Below are positions 27,714 to 38,000 of a stretch of DNA of 64,000 nucleotides, piece after piece. The stretch lies in the IMG/VR virus record IMGVR_UViG_3300037420_001897; one strand, given 5' to 3'. Below the pieces are notes generated by a model. The model did no database searches and had not been told where the DNA came from. It saw only the letters and a list, made by a program, of their open reading frames with translations. The translations under genes were made by a program, and so were the position numbers. This DNA is from an uncultured virus (IMG/VR IMGVR_UViG_3300037420_001897). Taxonomy: Duplodnaviria > Heunggongvirae > Uroviricota > Caudoviricetes. The first letter of the stretch is position 1. Every line of letters starts with the position of its first letter.

Positions 27714-27798
27714 GAAGCTGAGTCTATGCCGCTCGCATCCTGGAGTGAATCCATGATTGTTAAAGTTCGTTCGCCGGCGGGGCGAGCACGGGCTGCCC

Positions 27799-29703
27799 TT
27801 ACAGGGAAACCGTCTGCGCCGTGGCGGTCTTCGCCGCCCCGCCGGTGCCGCCGCTGGCCGCGTTGCCTGTCAGCGTGCCCGACGTGGCTGTGATCGTCTG
27901 CGCGCCCGCGCCCAGGTCGTAGACATCGATCCGGCCTGTCCCCCCGGCGCTGCCGCCATTGCCGCCGCCTCCGGTGCCGACGCCATTGCCGCCGGCCCCG
28001 CCGTCGCCACCGCTGGCGTCGAGGCAGTTGGTCGCCGTGGAGCCGGTGAGCGTGCGGTAGATCAGGATCAGCCAACCACCACCACCACCCCCGCCGCCGC
28101 CGCCGCCGCCGCGATTCGTGCCGAGCGAACCGCTCGCGCCATTGCCGCCGTTGCCGCCCTTGGCGGCGATCGCGCCGGCCGCTGTGCTACCGCCGCGGTT
28201 GATGGTGTGCGCCGAGACCACGACGACGCCACCAGATGCCCCGCCACCGCCACCGCCACCGCCACTGCCAGTTCCGTCACCGGCCCCCGAGCTCCCGCCG
28301 GCCCCCGCGCCGCCCGTGTCGATCTTCACGAAGCTGGTCCCTGCCCATATCGTCGGAAGGAGGGTCATTACCCGCATGTCGAGCGCGGTCGTCACCGAGC
28401 CGCCCGCGCGGCTCGCGCCGCCAGCGGTTGCACCCACAGCGCCCCCCGCGCCGCCGGCCGCACCCACTGAACCCAGGACGTTCGTCACGTTCGCCGGAGC
28501 CCCGGCTTGCGAGCCCGCGCCGGTGCCCCCGCTCGCGCCCGTACTTCCCGCGAAGCCATTGCCGAGCGCGGCGTTGGACGGCAGGACAACCGCGCCGCCG
28601 GTTCCGCCGCCTTGTTGGATGGCGTTGCTTCCGTTGCGCGCGCCCGATGTCGGGCCGCAGAAGATGGCGCCCGCCACAGCGGCGGTGATGTCGAGGGTCC
28701 CCTTCACGAAAACCCGGAAGCCGCGCGTGTCCAGCTTGCCGGTCCCGCTGAGGGTGAGATTGTTGTAGTACATGTCCCGGGTCAGTGTCGTCGTGCCCGA
28801 GCTGATGGTGACATTGCTGTCCGAGCCGTCGCCAAACCACTGCACGTCGATCGCGCCGGTGTTCTGGATCGTGCCGCCCGCCAGCGCCGTAATGGTGCCA
28901 TCGCCGGCGATCGAGGTCGTGGCGCCGCCGTCGTCCTTGACCGCGCCGATCGCCGCGGACGTACCCGCCGGCAGGCGGCCCGAGGCCAGTGTGCCCGAGC
29001 TGATGTTGCTCGCGTTGGTGGTGTCGGTCGTGGCGGAGGTGGCAAAGCTGACGCCGCCGGTCTTCGTGCAGGTGACGTTCGGGACGCTGAAGGTGCAATC
29101 GCCGCCCAGGGTGAAGCCGCCGAACGCGCCGGCGTTGTTGTACTGGATTTGGCCGCTGGAGCCGCCGGGCGAGCCGCTGCCGCTGATGGTGTTGCAGCCG
29201 AAGCCGGAACCCGACGTCCAGGTGAGCGCATTCGACGCCCCGGAGCAGCTGGGCACCGCGTGGGCCTGGACGTTGGCGGTCGATCCAGTCGGGTTGGCGA
29301 GCACGGTGTTCGCCGCCGCCTGCGACAGCTTGCTCACCGAGACCACGTTGGCGTCGATGGTCCACACAGAACCCGAGCTCGAGACGGTGATGTCGCCCTT
29401 ATCGCCGTCCGAAAGCCCCCCGCCGGCGCCCATCGGCCCGACGGTGGCGCCGGAAATCCGGCAGAACAGCCCGCTGGTCGTCGTCCAGCAATCGCCGTTG
29501 CTGGGCGAGGTCGGCGCGCTGCCGTGCGGAATGTTGAGGCTGGCGTTGGAGGTCGTCGCGGCCGGCAGCTTTAAGGTGTCGCTGGCCGGGATCGGCTGCA
29601 CCACCCCGGCCTTGTTGACCAGCGGCTTGACCTCGGCCGCCTCGGCGAGCGGCGTGGACACGAAGACGAGCGCCGCCAGGGCCGCGCTGAGGATACGCTT
29701 CAT
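27799..29703 (-). CDS. Gly-rich fibre/spike-like protein with Sec signal peptide
   Basis: MKRILSAALAALVFVSTPLAEA; DGDKGDITVS, SGQIQYNNAGAFGG and FGDGSD fibre motifs; poly-Gly C-terminal domain. Confidence 0.8.
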   Translation of the reverse strand: MKRILSAALAALVFVSTPLAEAAEVKPLVNKAGVVQPIPASDTLKLPAATTSNASLNIPHGSAPTSPSNGDCWTTTSGLFCRISGATVGPMGAGGGLSDGDKGDITVSSSGSVWTIDANVVSVSKLSQAAANTVLANPTGSTANVQAHAVPSCSGASNALTWTSGSGFGCNTISGSGSPGGSSGQIQYNNAGAFGGFTLGGDCTFSVPNVTCTKTGGVSFATSATTDTTNASNISSGTLASGRLPAGTSAAIGAVKDDGGATTSIAGDGTITALAGGTIQNTGAIDVQWFGDGSDSNVTISSGTTTLTRDMYYNNLTLSGTGKLDTRGFRVFVKGTLDITAAVAGAIFCGPTSGARNGSNAIQQGGGTGGAVVLPSNAALGNGFAGSTGASGGTGAGSQAGAPANVTNVLGSVGAAGGAGGAVGATAGGASRAGGSVTTALDMRVMTLLPTIWAGTSFVKIDTGGAGAGGSSGAGDGTGSGGGGGGGGASGGVVVVSAHTINRGGSTAAGAIAAKGGNGGNGASGSLGTNRGGGGGGGGGGGGWLILIYRTLTGSTATNCLDASGGDGGAGGNGVGTGGGGNGGSAGGTGRIDVYDLGAGAQTITATSGTLTGNAASGGTGGAAKTATAQTVSL

Positions 29704-29717
29704 CGGGAGATCTCTCG

Positions 29718-31133
29718 CTAGATGCCGAACATCGGCTGCGGGAAGAAGAAGAGCCGCGTGCCCGTGGCGTCGGCGTAGCCCACGACCTGGGAGCCATGAC
29801 CGGCGTCCGCGGCGGGCGGCGTGTCACTGATCGCTCCCGGCGTCGTGTCCAACCAGTAGGTGGCTCCCGGCGTCAGGCCGGACAAGCCGCTGATCCACTG
29901 GCCGGGGAAGTAGACCCGCGCCGGGTCGCCGTTGTCGGCATTGGCGAGCACGAAGCAGTTCGCCGCCTTGCCGTCGGCGAGGGTCGTCGCGTCGGCCAGC
30001 CGAGCCTTCGCGCCGGAGTCGGCGTAGTAGTTGCAGACTTCGCCGGCGCTCAGGTCCTCGGCGGCGGTCGCGACGGTCGACGCGGCGGCCGGCCCGCTGA
30101 TCTTGAGATCCCAGACATCCTGGGCGACCTGGTACAGCGTCCACTGCACCCCCTCGCCTTCGACGACGAGGCCCTGGCCGCCGTAGAGGTTGACGGTCAC
30201 GCCCGGCGCCGGATCGATCGTCACGCTGCCGCCATCGGTGATCAGACCGTCGACCCGGGCCCGGACCCGCATCGCACTGTCGGCATAGGCCTGGACCTCG
30301 ACGGTGACGTCGCCCACGCTCCGCAGCAGGCGTCCGTCGTCGGTGCGGACCAGGGCGTAGGTCTCCGCATCGAGCGACATGGCGCGATCGCCGGACGGCG
30401 CCGGGACCAGCGTGCCGCTGACCGGGTCGATGACGATCCGCTCGCCCGACTTGGCGGCGAGGTCGCTCTTTCCGATGGAGACGATGTAGTCGCCGTAGAA
30501 GGAGAGGTTCTCCTCGCCACGCGCCGGCCGCCACGGCAGCTCCAAGGGACGCAGCTGGTAGAAGTCGTCGAGCTGCAGCTGGTACTCGGTGATGACGATC
30601 TCGGACCCGGCCGAGAGCCCGGTGACGTCGAAGAACTTGAACCGCGCGTTCGCCGGGACTGCGGCGTACCAGTCCGGGTCGTCGGAGGCGATATGCTCCC
30701 AGGTGAACAGGGTCGGCGTGTCGGTGATGTTGAAAGTCACATCATCCGCCGCATCGTTCACGGCCGGGTCGGCGAACCCCGACGACGAGAGCGCGCCGCC
30801 GCCACTGTCGCGGAACCCGCCCGTGACGGTAGCCGCGGTGTCGCCGCCGCGGATGTAGGCGACGAAGCCCTTGTTGTACGCCCCGCCGTTGTGACCCACT
30901 GTCGCCGCGCCGAAGGTGCGATCGGTGAGATGCGCCTCCCCGCCTGGCGGCAGGATGATCGCCTTCTTCTGCGCCCCGTACCCGCTGAAGGGATCCTCGG
31001 CGTACGCGCCGTCGCTGAACGTCCACCGCGAGAACCTGATGAGGTTCAGCGGCATCATGTTCAGCCGGTCGATGAGGTCCGTCGCCGTCCCGCCCGGCAG
31101 GGCCAGCGGCGCGTCGCAATCCATGAGGGGCAC
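29718..31133 (-). CDS. Tail tip/fibre-base protein with C-terminal cement/spike-base-like domain
   Basis: Position after the tail-tip genes; C-terminal AAEDLSAG...GLSGLTPGATYWL...QVVGYA; start at GTG 31133 or ATG 31124. Confidence 0.65.
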   Translation of the reverse strand: MPLMDCDAPLALPGGTATDLIDRLNMMPLNLIRFSRWTFSDGAYAEDPFSGYGAQKKAIILPPGGEAHLTDRTFGAATVGHNGGAYNKGFVAYIRGGDTAATVTGGFRDSGGGALSSSGFADPAVNDAADDVTFNITDTPTLFTWEHIASDDPDWYAAVPANARFKFFDVTGLSAGSEIVITEYQLQLDDFYQLRPLELPWRPARGEENLSFYGDYIVSIGKSDLAAKSGERIVIDPVSGTLVPAPSGDRAMSLDAETYALVRTDDGRLLRSVGDVTVEVQAYADSAMRVRARVDGLITDGGSVTIDPAPGVTVNLYGGQGLVVEGEGVQWTLYQVAQDVWDLKISGPAAASTVATAAEDLSAGEVCNYYADSGAKARLADATTLADGKAANCFVLANADNGDPARVYFPGQWISGLSGLTPGATYWLDTTPGAISDTPPAADAGHGSQVVGYADATGTRLFFFPQPMFGI

Positions 31134-31909
31134 TAGCGGCGGTGCTCCTCGATCTGGGCGTGGAAGTCGTCGCGGTCGTGGAGCATGGCCGCCGCGGCGG
31201 GCGTGTCGGTATTGGTGGCCAGGAAGCAGTCGCGCGGCCAGGATCCGGGCGTCTCGTAATCCTCGATATAGACGAACGGCCGCGCCAGACCCTTCAGCTT
31301 CTGAAAGTCGAGCCGGGTCGTGACGGAGGTGTCGAGCTCCAGGTAGCTGACCTGGAGCGAGCGGGTGCGGGGCATTTCCCCCTCGCCGCCCGCCACCGCC
31401 CCGCCGACAAGATCGAGGTCGTCGCCGCTCACCCGGAACCCAGCCTGTTCCCCCGCGGTGATCCACGGCAGGTCCCAGAACGCCGCGATCTCGACGCCGC
31501 CGATCTCCAGGTCGTCGGCGAGACCCTCGATCGTGACCCTGAACGAGCGCACACCGGTCGCCGCGTCCAGCAGCAACGGAAAGGTCTGCGGGTCGTCGGT
31601 GCGGTCGGGAATGACGACGGCGCCGGTGTCCTCCACGCCCGTCGTCAGAACGTCGGAGAACAGCTCGATCCTCACCGACGCGCCGTCTGGAATGTTGTGC
31701 TCCACCAGGGCGACGAGCTGGATGCTCTGGGCCGCGGCGAGCGTTCCGGTGAAGACCACGGTTCCGGCGTCGGGGGCGACCCTGGCGACGACGCACGGCT
31801 CCCACAGGTCCGCCAGGTTGGAGATCGGATAGTCGGCGTCGGCGGTCCCGGTCACGACGGCGAAGGTCACATCTTCGGCGTGGGAGTCGGTGGAGACGCC
31901 GGACCTCAT
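31133..31909 (-). CDS. Tail tip protein, paralogue B
   Basis: ATGA-coupled; clearly similar to 31906-32685. Confidence 0.75.
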   Translation of the reverse strand: MRSGVSTDSHAEDVTFAVVTGTADADYPISNLADLWEPCVVARVAPDAGTVVFTGTLAAAQSIQLVALVEHNIPDGASVRIELFSDVLTTGVEDTGAVVIPDRTDDPQTFPLLLDAATGVRSFRVTIEGLADDLEIGGVEIAAFWDLPWITAGEQAGFRVSGDDLDLVGGAVAGGEGEMPRTRSLQVSYLELDTSVTTRLDFQKLKGLARPFVYIEDYETPGSWPRDCFLATNTDTPAAAAMLHDRDDFHAQIEEHRR

Positions 31910-32685
31910 TCCAGATGCTCCACCATGTCGAGGGCCAGGCCCCCATGTATCCAGGCGTTCTTGTCCAGCGCGGGCAGGGTCTTGCTGCGGACCAGGGCGC
32001 ATTCCCGCGGCCAGGTGTCCGTATCCTCGTAGTCGCGGAGCCAGACGAACGGCTGGGCGGTCTGGGTGGCGCGTTGGAAGTCGTGAAAGGTCCGGCCGTC
32101 CGTGGTCCAGTCGATCTGCGAGTTTCCCAGCGTGAAGGTCCGCGGGGAGAAATTGCGCGTGCCGTGCGTCACGCCGTCGCCGACGCCGAGCCGGCCGTCT
32201 CGTGGGAGGATGCCGAGCGAGCGCTCGTCGTGCTGGCTGAGGTCCCAGAACTGGCCGATGACGATGGCCCCGATCTTCCAGGGCGCGGTCTGGGCCGAGA
32301 GCGTGATGGCGCCGCTCTGAACCGAGACGGGGCCGTCGGAGCGCCAGTGCGGCTCGGTACGCGGGAACTGGCTGGCGGCGACCTGGAAGACGAGGGCGCC
32401 GCTGGCGTAGACGCTCGAGGAGAAGGCGGCGTCGCTGAACAGTTCCACCGACCAGGTCTCGCCACCCTCGGCATTGTGGTGAGCGAGGGCGATGAAGTCG
32501 ATCTCGGCCGCGGCGTCGAGCACGAAGCGGATTTCCAACGCCGCGGCCGCGCCGGCCTTGAATGGCCGCAGGATCTCCTTGGCGTCGGCGAGGTTCGTCA
32601 CGGGATAGTCGGCGTGCGCCGTCCCGGTCTGCAATGTGAATTCGGCCAGGTCCTGGCGCATGGCCTTGGAGACACCGGTGATCAT
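31906..32685 (-). CDS. Tail tip protein, paralogue A
   Basis: ATGA-coupled; DYPVTNL, IALAHHN motifs. Confidence 0.75.
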   Translation of the reverse strand: MITGVSKAMRQDLAEFTLQTGTAHADYPVTNLADAKEILRPFKAGAAAALEIRFVLDAAAEIDFIALAHHNAEGGETWSVELFSDAAFSSSVYASGALVFQVAASQFPRTEPHWRSDGPVSVQSGAITLSAQTAPWKIGAIVIGQFWDLSQHDERSLGILPRDGRLGVGDGVTHGTRNFSPRTFTLGNSQIDWTTDGRTFHDFQRATQTAQPFVWLRDYEDTDTWPRECALVRSKTLPALDKNAWIHGGLALDMVEHLE

Positions 32686-35039
32686 GGCCGCGCGAACTTC
32701 CGGGTCGGCGGGGTGAAGCTGGCGTCCTTCGACCAGACGGAGATGCCATTGACGACCCGGACCTCGTCCAGGTTTCCCACGATGCAGCGTTGGAATCCCA
32801 GATCGATCCAGGCGCCGACGCGCAGCACGAAGAACGCCTGCCACTCAGGCTCGGGTGGGAGGGTGATCGTGTCGGCGAAATAGTCTTTGGCGATCATCGT
32901 CCCATCGGCGAAGACTCGGATGTATCCCGACGGGTCCCGGGTCACGCGGAAGTGGTGCCACTGGCCTTCGATCGGCGTGAACGCTCCGTCGATCTCCGTA
33001 TAGGTGTCATTGTCGGCGCTGACCGCGAAGCCGAAGACGTCTTCGCCATTGCGGCGCAGCGCCCACCCATGTGTGTTTACCGTCTGATTTCCCCACTGCA
33101 TGACACCCGTGGTGTGCTGGAGCACGCCATCGACATCGTCCCACCGCACCCAGGCGTCGATGCTGAAGGGATTGGCGCCGAATTCGAGCTCGGTCGCCGG
33201 GTCGGCATAGATGAACGAGGCCTGGGCGCTTTCAAAGGAGCCGTCGCCATAGCGAAACTCCCCGGTGTCGATCTTTGGTCGGTCCGGGTAGTTTCCGCCT
33301 GCGACGACGGTGCGGGCATAGGCGCTCTCGTCGATGAACACCTGGGACTCGTCGACCTGGTCATCGAAGCCCATCAGCAGGACCATGTAGGGCAGGACGT
33401 CCGGCCCGGTGACACCCAGCAGAAGGCCGATTTCCGGCAGGCTCTTGCCCGCCTCGACGCGATACTTGCTCTGCAGGCAGACGAACAGCGGGCCCTCTTC
33501 CAGGTCGTGGCCGGCATAGGTCAGCTTCACCGGCTGGCCGACCAGGACGACGTTGGAATAGCCGGTCTTCAGCACCGGCTTGAACCCGACCTCGAACGGG
33601 CCCGACAGGTCCGAATAGAGGCTGAGCAGCCGGCGGGCCTCCTCTTCGGCATGCGGACAGGTCCGGCCGTCGTCCCCGGGCTGGTAGCCGGTCTCCACGG
33701 TTAGTTCTGGCGCGCCGGGGAAGTCGCCGCTGTCGTCGGTCGGGTCCCAGATCCCGGCGTCGGTGGCGGTCTCGACGCGCCACACCTCCTTGAACTTCTC
33801 CCTCAGCCGCGTGGCGGCCGATCCGGCGAAGTCCCCCGGCCCCATGACCGTGTTGTTCAGCCCCCAGCGGACGTTGACCCGATAGGGCGGGACGCCATCC
33901 GCCGCCCAACTCGGACGGGCCCGCGCGATGCGGGTCAGGGCCCGGTCGGTGACGATCATCTCACTGTCTGGGCTCGCCACCATGAGGCGAACGACCGCGG
34001 CGCCCTCCGGCTGCTCCAGGCGACCGATGCTCCAGGAGCCGTCGACATTCTGGCGCTCATAGCCCGACAGGCTGCCGAGGACCCGGTCGATGGCGTCGCG
34101 CCGGCTCTCGTCGCGAAGGAAGAAGCCCGCCTCGTGGGGGGCGGCCGCGTCCACGTCATCGACGCTGTCGTCGTCGATATCGCCTGCGTCGGCGCCGCAG
34201 TAGGTCGTTCGCAGCGTCTTCCACACCTGGGCATGGGTCCGATCCGCCTCGGCCGCCCCGGTCGTGGCGTCGAAGGTGAGGCGGTACAGCACCGAGGCGC
34301 CGAGACGTACGAACAGGCCTTCGGCGCCGGAGTAGATGTCGTACTCCCCCTCGGCCGGCGCATTGGCCTCCATCGAGGCCTGGCTTCCGCGGATCGTGCC
34401 GGCGGTGAGCGGCACGCCGCCGTCGCGCAGGCAGAGCACTGTGCCGGGCGCGACGCTGAGCTGGTAGATGAGCTTCGACTTGTTGACCAGGTCCGGCTCC
34501 TGGTTGGACACCGGCCCGATCACCAGGGGCTTGGTCTTGCCCTTCAGCTCCTCGTCGCCCTCGAAGCCCAGCGGCGCGACATTGTCGCCGGCGTACTTCT
34601 GCGTCAGGAGCGGGGCGTCGAGCTCGGCGCGGGGATCGCGCAGCGGGAAGGTGATCGTCCCCTCGTCGATGTTGGCGACGGGCTGCTCCATGAGCGCGCG
34701 GGCCTCGAGCACCCGGTTCGCCCAGACCCGGCCCGGAACCCGGTAGAGGGACGCCACCATGCCCCGCCAACGCCAGTTCGCCAGGTGGTCCCACGGCCCC
34801 GCCTCGCTGATGTCTCGCGGCGCATTGGCGATGATGATCTCGCCCCCGTCGCCCTCGGACACCACGGTCCCGCCGCGGACGCTGATCGCCTGCGACACGC
34901 TCTCCCACAGCAGCAGCCCGCTCGCCGCCGGGGCGTGATCGGTGAAGGAGATGCTCTGGCCCTTGGCGAACAGCAGCGTCACCTCGTCGTCGGCCTCGGT
35001 GTCGTAGCCGACCATTTCCACGACGTACCTGACCGCCAT
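32682..35039 (-). CDS. Tail hub/tip protein with C-terminal LamG/concanavalin-like domain
   Basis: Follows tape measure; YAGD...EG.EELKGKTKP..IG.V.N motif; C-terminal FSIDAWV...WHHF...GNLDEVRV. Confidence 0.8.
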   Translation of the reverse strand: MAVRYVVEMVGYDTEADDEVTLLFAKGQSISFTDHAPAASGLLLWESVSQAISVRGGTVVSEGDGGEIIIANAPRDISEAGPWDHLANWRWRGMVASLYRVPGRVWANRVLEARALMEQPVANIDEGTITFPLRDPRAELDAPLLTQKYAGDNVAPLGFEGDEELKGKTKPLVIGPVSNQEPDLVNKSKLIYQLSVAPGTVLCLRDGGVPLTAGTIRGSQASMEANAPAEGEYDIYSGAEGLFVRLGASVLYRLTFDATTGAAEADRTHAQVWKTLRTTYCGADAGDIDDDSVDDVDAAAPHEAGFFLRDESRRDAIDRVLGSLSGYERQNVDGSWSIGRLEQPEGAAVVRLMVASPDSEMIVTDRALTRIARARPSWAADGVPPYRVNVRWGLNNTVMGPGDFAGSAATRLREKFKEVWRVETATDAGIWDPTDDSGDFPGAPELTVETGYQPGDDGRTCPHAEEEARRLLSLYSDLSGPFEVGFKPVLKTGYSNVVLVGQPVKLTYAGHDLEEGPLFVCLQSKYRVEAGKSLPEIGLLLGVTGPDVLPYMVLLMGFDDQVDESQVFIDESAYARTVVAGGNYPDRPKIDTGEFRYGDGSFESAQASFIYADPATELEFGANPFSIDAWVRWDDVDGVLQHTTGVMQWGNQTVNTHGWALRRNGEDVFGFAVSADNDTYTEIDGAFTPIEGQWHHFRVTRDPSGYIRVFADGTMIAKDYFADTITLPPEPEWQAFFVLRVGAWIDLGFQRCIVGNLDEVRVVNGISVWSKDASFTPPTRKFARP

Positions 35040-38000
35040 CTAGGCCGCCCGACCGCCGCCCTTGAGCCGCTCCGTCGACGAGCGGGTCACGGCGCGCTCG
35101 ATGCGCTGGCCCGTGCGATCCTGGGCCTCGACGGTCACCTGACCATGCCTGGCCAGGGTGGCGCGCAAGGAGACGACTTCACCCTTCAAGGTCTTGTTGT
35201 CCTCGCGCAGACCCTTCAGCTCGGTGACCATCGCCGCCATCGTGTCGGCCCGGCTGATGTTGGCCGTCTCGCCGCCGTGCAGGGTCACCGGGCCGAAGTC
35301 CTTGGGCCCGGAGCCGGCCACGGTGAACGAGCCGCCGGTGGCGAAGGGGTTGCGCCCCTCGGTCTTGCCGAAGGTGTCATAGTGCAGCCGGGCGAAGTCC
35401 TCGGCCGTCTTCACCCCGACGGCGTTGAGATAGGCCTGGCCCTCGGCCGTGGCCATCTCGTTGGTGAATTCCTGCGCCACGTCGGGGTTGTGCTGCAGGT
35501 AGCCAGCTGCGTCGAAGCCGCCGGCGGCCGGCGTGCCGTAGGTGTAGGACGGGGCGGTGGCGCCGGTGGCGGAGGTCGCCGGACTGAAAGGCGTGGCATT
35601 GGTCGCCGCAGCCGCCGCAGCCGCCGCCATGGCCGCCTGCAGGGCAGTGATGGCGTCGCGGACGCTGAGCACGCTCTCGTTCAGCGTGATGAGGCCGCTG
35701 ACCTGGGCCTTGAGCGCGGTGAGCTGCTGGTCGGCGTTGCTGGCGGTGCGCAGCGCCGTGGCCCGCGCCGCTTCCACCGCGGTCCGGATCTCGTCCAGGT
35801 TCTCGAAGTGCTTGCCGCTGGAGGCGTAGTAGGCCTCCGACGCGGTGCGATACGCCTCGCCCGCGTTCTGGATCTCCGCCAGCGCCGACTCGTCGCCCAG
35901 TCGGGCGCGCGCCGCCACGTCGCGGAAGTGGGCCTGGCTCGCCAGGAACTGGCGCTCCGGCGACAGGCGCGCCGCGGGGCCGCGGGTCAGCTCGTCGAGA
36001 TAGGCGCCGAGGCTCTTGGCGTAGTCGAGGTGGCGGTCGCGCAGGTCCTCCAGCGCCGAGGCCTCCTTCTCGTAGGCGCGGCGCAGGTCGTCGCGGGCGC
36101 CGTTCACCTCCTCCGATCCCTTGGAGATGAAGTCGAAGACCTTCTTGAAGGCAGGCGCCACGGCCAGCAGCGCGGCGTACATGTCCTGGCCGGCCGTGGT
36201 GGTCAGGTCGAGGCCCAGCACCAGCTGCTTGAACTGCTCGATATTGTTGACGCCGGTGACGCCGAGGCGCTGGAACTCCTTCACCACCGCGGCCTGGATC
36301 GGCGCGATGCGCTCGGCCTCGGTGAGGAAGTTCTCGGCGAAGAAGGTCGTCTTGTCGACGAAGTCATCCAGGCTGTCGAACAGTCCGATGAGGCGCTCGC
36401 GCGCCACAAGGCTGGCCGTGCCGACAGAGCCGAACGTCCTGCCGATGGACTGCAGCGTCACATCGACGACCTGGTAGTCGCGCGCCACCCTGGCCAAGGT
36501 CTCGAATGCGCCCTCCCCGACCTTCTGCAGCTGGCTGAGGAACGGCAGGGCGGCGATGGCCATCTCGTCGGCCAGCTTGCCGAACACGGCCTCGAGCTCG
36601 GCCTGGATCTCCTCGCCTGTCTTGTCCTTGAAGGAGATCGTGCCGAGGTTGACCTGGAACGCCGCCAGCGCGGCCTGCGCCCCCTCGACGCCCAGCACCC
36701 CCGCCGCCTGCAGCACCCCGCCGCGCAGGTTCTCGATGATGCGGGTCATCTCGGTCAGGATGTCCTGCTCGAGCGGCGTTTCCGTCGTCGTGGTCTTGGT
36801 CTTGTTCGACGTCGTGATGCCGAAGAACTTCTTCTTCGTCTTCACGTCGATCGACTGATAGGCGTCGCCGGCCAGGCCGCCGGAGAGGATCGCGTCCAGG
36901 TCCTGCGGATCGAAGTCGATGCCCAGGTCGCGCAGGGTCGTGGTCTTCTTGGTCCCGAACAGGCCCTTGATTATGCCGCCGATGACCGGGATCTTGCTGA
37001 GCACGTCGAAGATCGGGCCACCGAGCAGCCCGCCGACTGATCCGCCGCTGAGGCGCGTGCCGAGGCCCTGGATCGACGATGCGTCCAGGAAGCCGCCACT
37101 GACCAGCTGGCGCGACAGGAGGCCGGTCAGCGCGCCGATCTGGCTGTCGATGCTGCGCAGGTGCCGCAGCATGCCGTTGGAGTACTCCAGGTCGCGGTTG
37201 GTGTTGTCCGCCACCGCCTCCATGGCGCGGGTCAGGCTCTCCGACTTGGCGGCGGCGTCCCCCAGCACCGTGCCCGTGCCCTGACGCTTCTGGATGTCCT
37301 CGGCCGACGGGGCGGAGGTGCTGCCGCCGCCATGGCCCAAGAGCTTCACGCCGAATCCGATGAGGGCGGCGGAGGTGGCCGCAGCGGCCGCGATGTTGAA
37401 GGGAAACGGGACGCTGGCCATGGCGGTGGCGATCGCCTCGACGCCCTTCGCCGCGGCTCGGGCCGTGGCCAAGGCGATGCTCTTGGCGGTGTTGATCGCA
37501 TCGATTACCACGCCCGCGATCTGCACCGCCTGGTAGGCCAGCTCCAGAGCGGTCAGGACCTTATAGGCCGCGCTCTTCTTGGACAGCAGGCCCTTCACGC
37601 CCTCGATGGCGGCGAGGTTCGCCTCGACCTCGGCGTTCTGCCGCTTCTGGGCGTACTCGACGCCGATCTCCGCCTCGCGGCGCGCCACCGCGGCGCGCTC
37701 CTCGGCCGTGGCGTGCTCGCTCAGGACCAGCTTCTTGCGTGCCTCCTCCTCCTCGCGCCGTAGCTGTTCCTGATTGGCCTTGTAGGTCGCAAAACCCGAC
37801 GCCAGCAGGTCGATGGCGTGGCCGGCCTGGCCGAAGCTGGACGCGATCACCGCGCCCAGCGCCTCGGTGTGCCCCGCCATCTCCTGGAGCAGGGTCAGGG
37901 TGTGGTTCAGGCTGTCGTTGTAGGCGTCCTGGGCGGTGCGCAAATCCTCCGCCGCGGAGGCCGCCTCGCCGGCGCTGGTCACCGCCGCGTCGTGCGCCGC

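Noticed and set aside
27755..27775. Full CtrA box TTAA-N7-TTAA
   Set aside because: Only one TTAA half-site is present.
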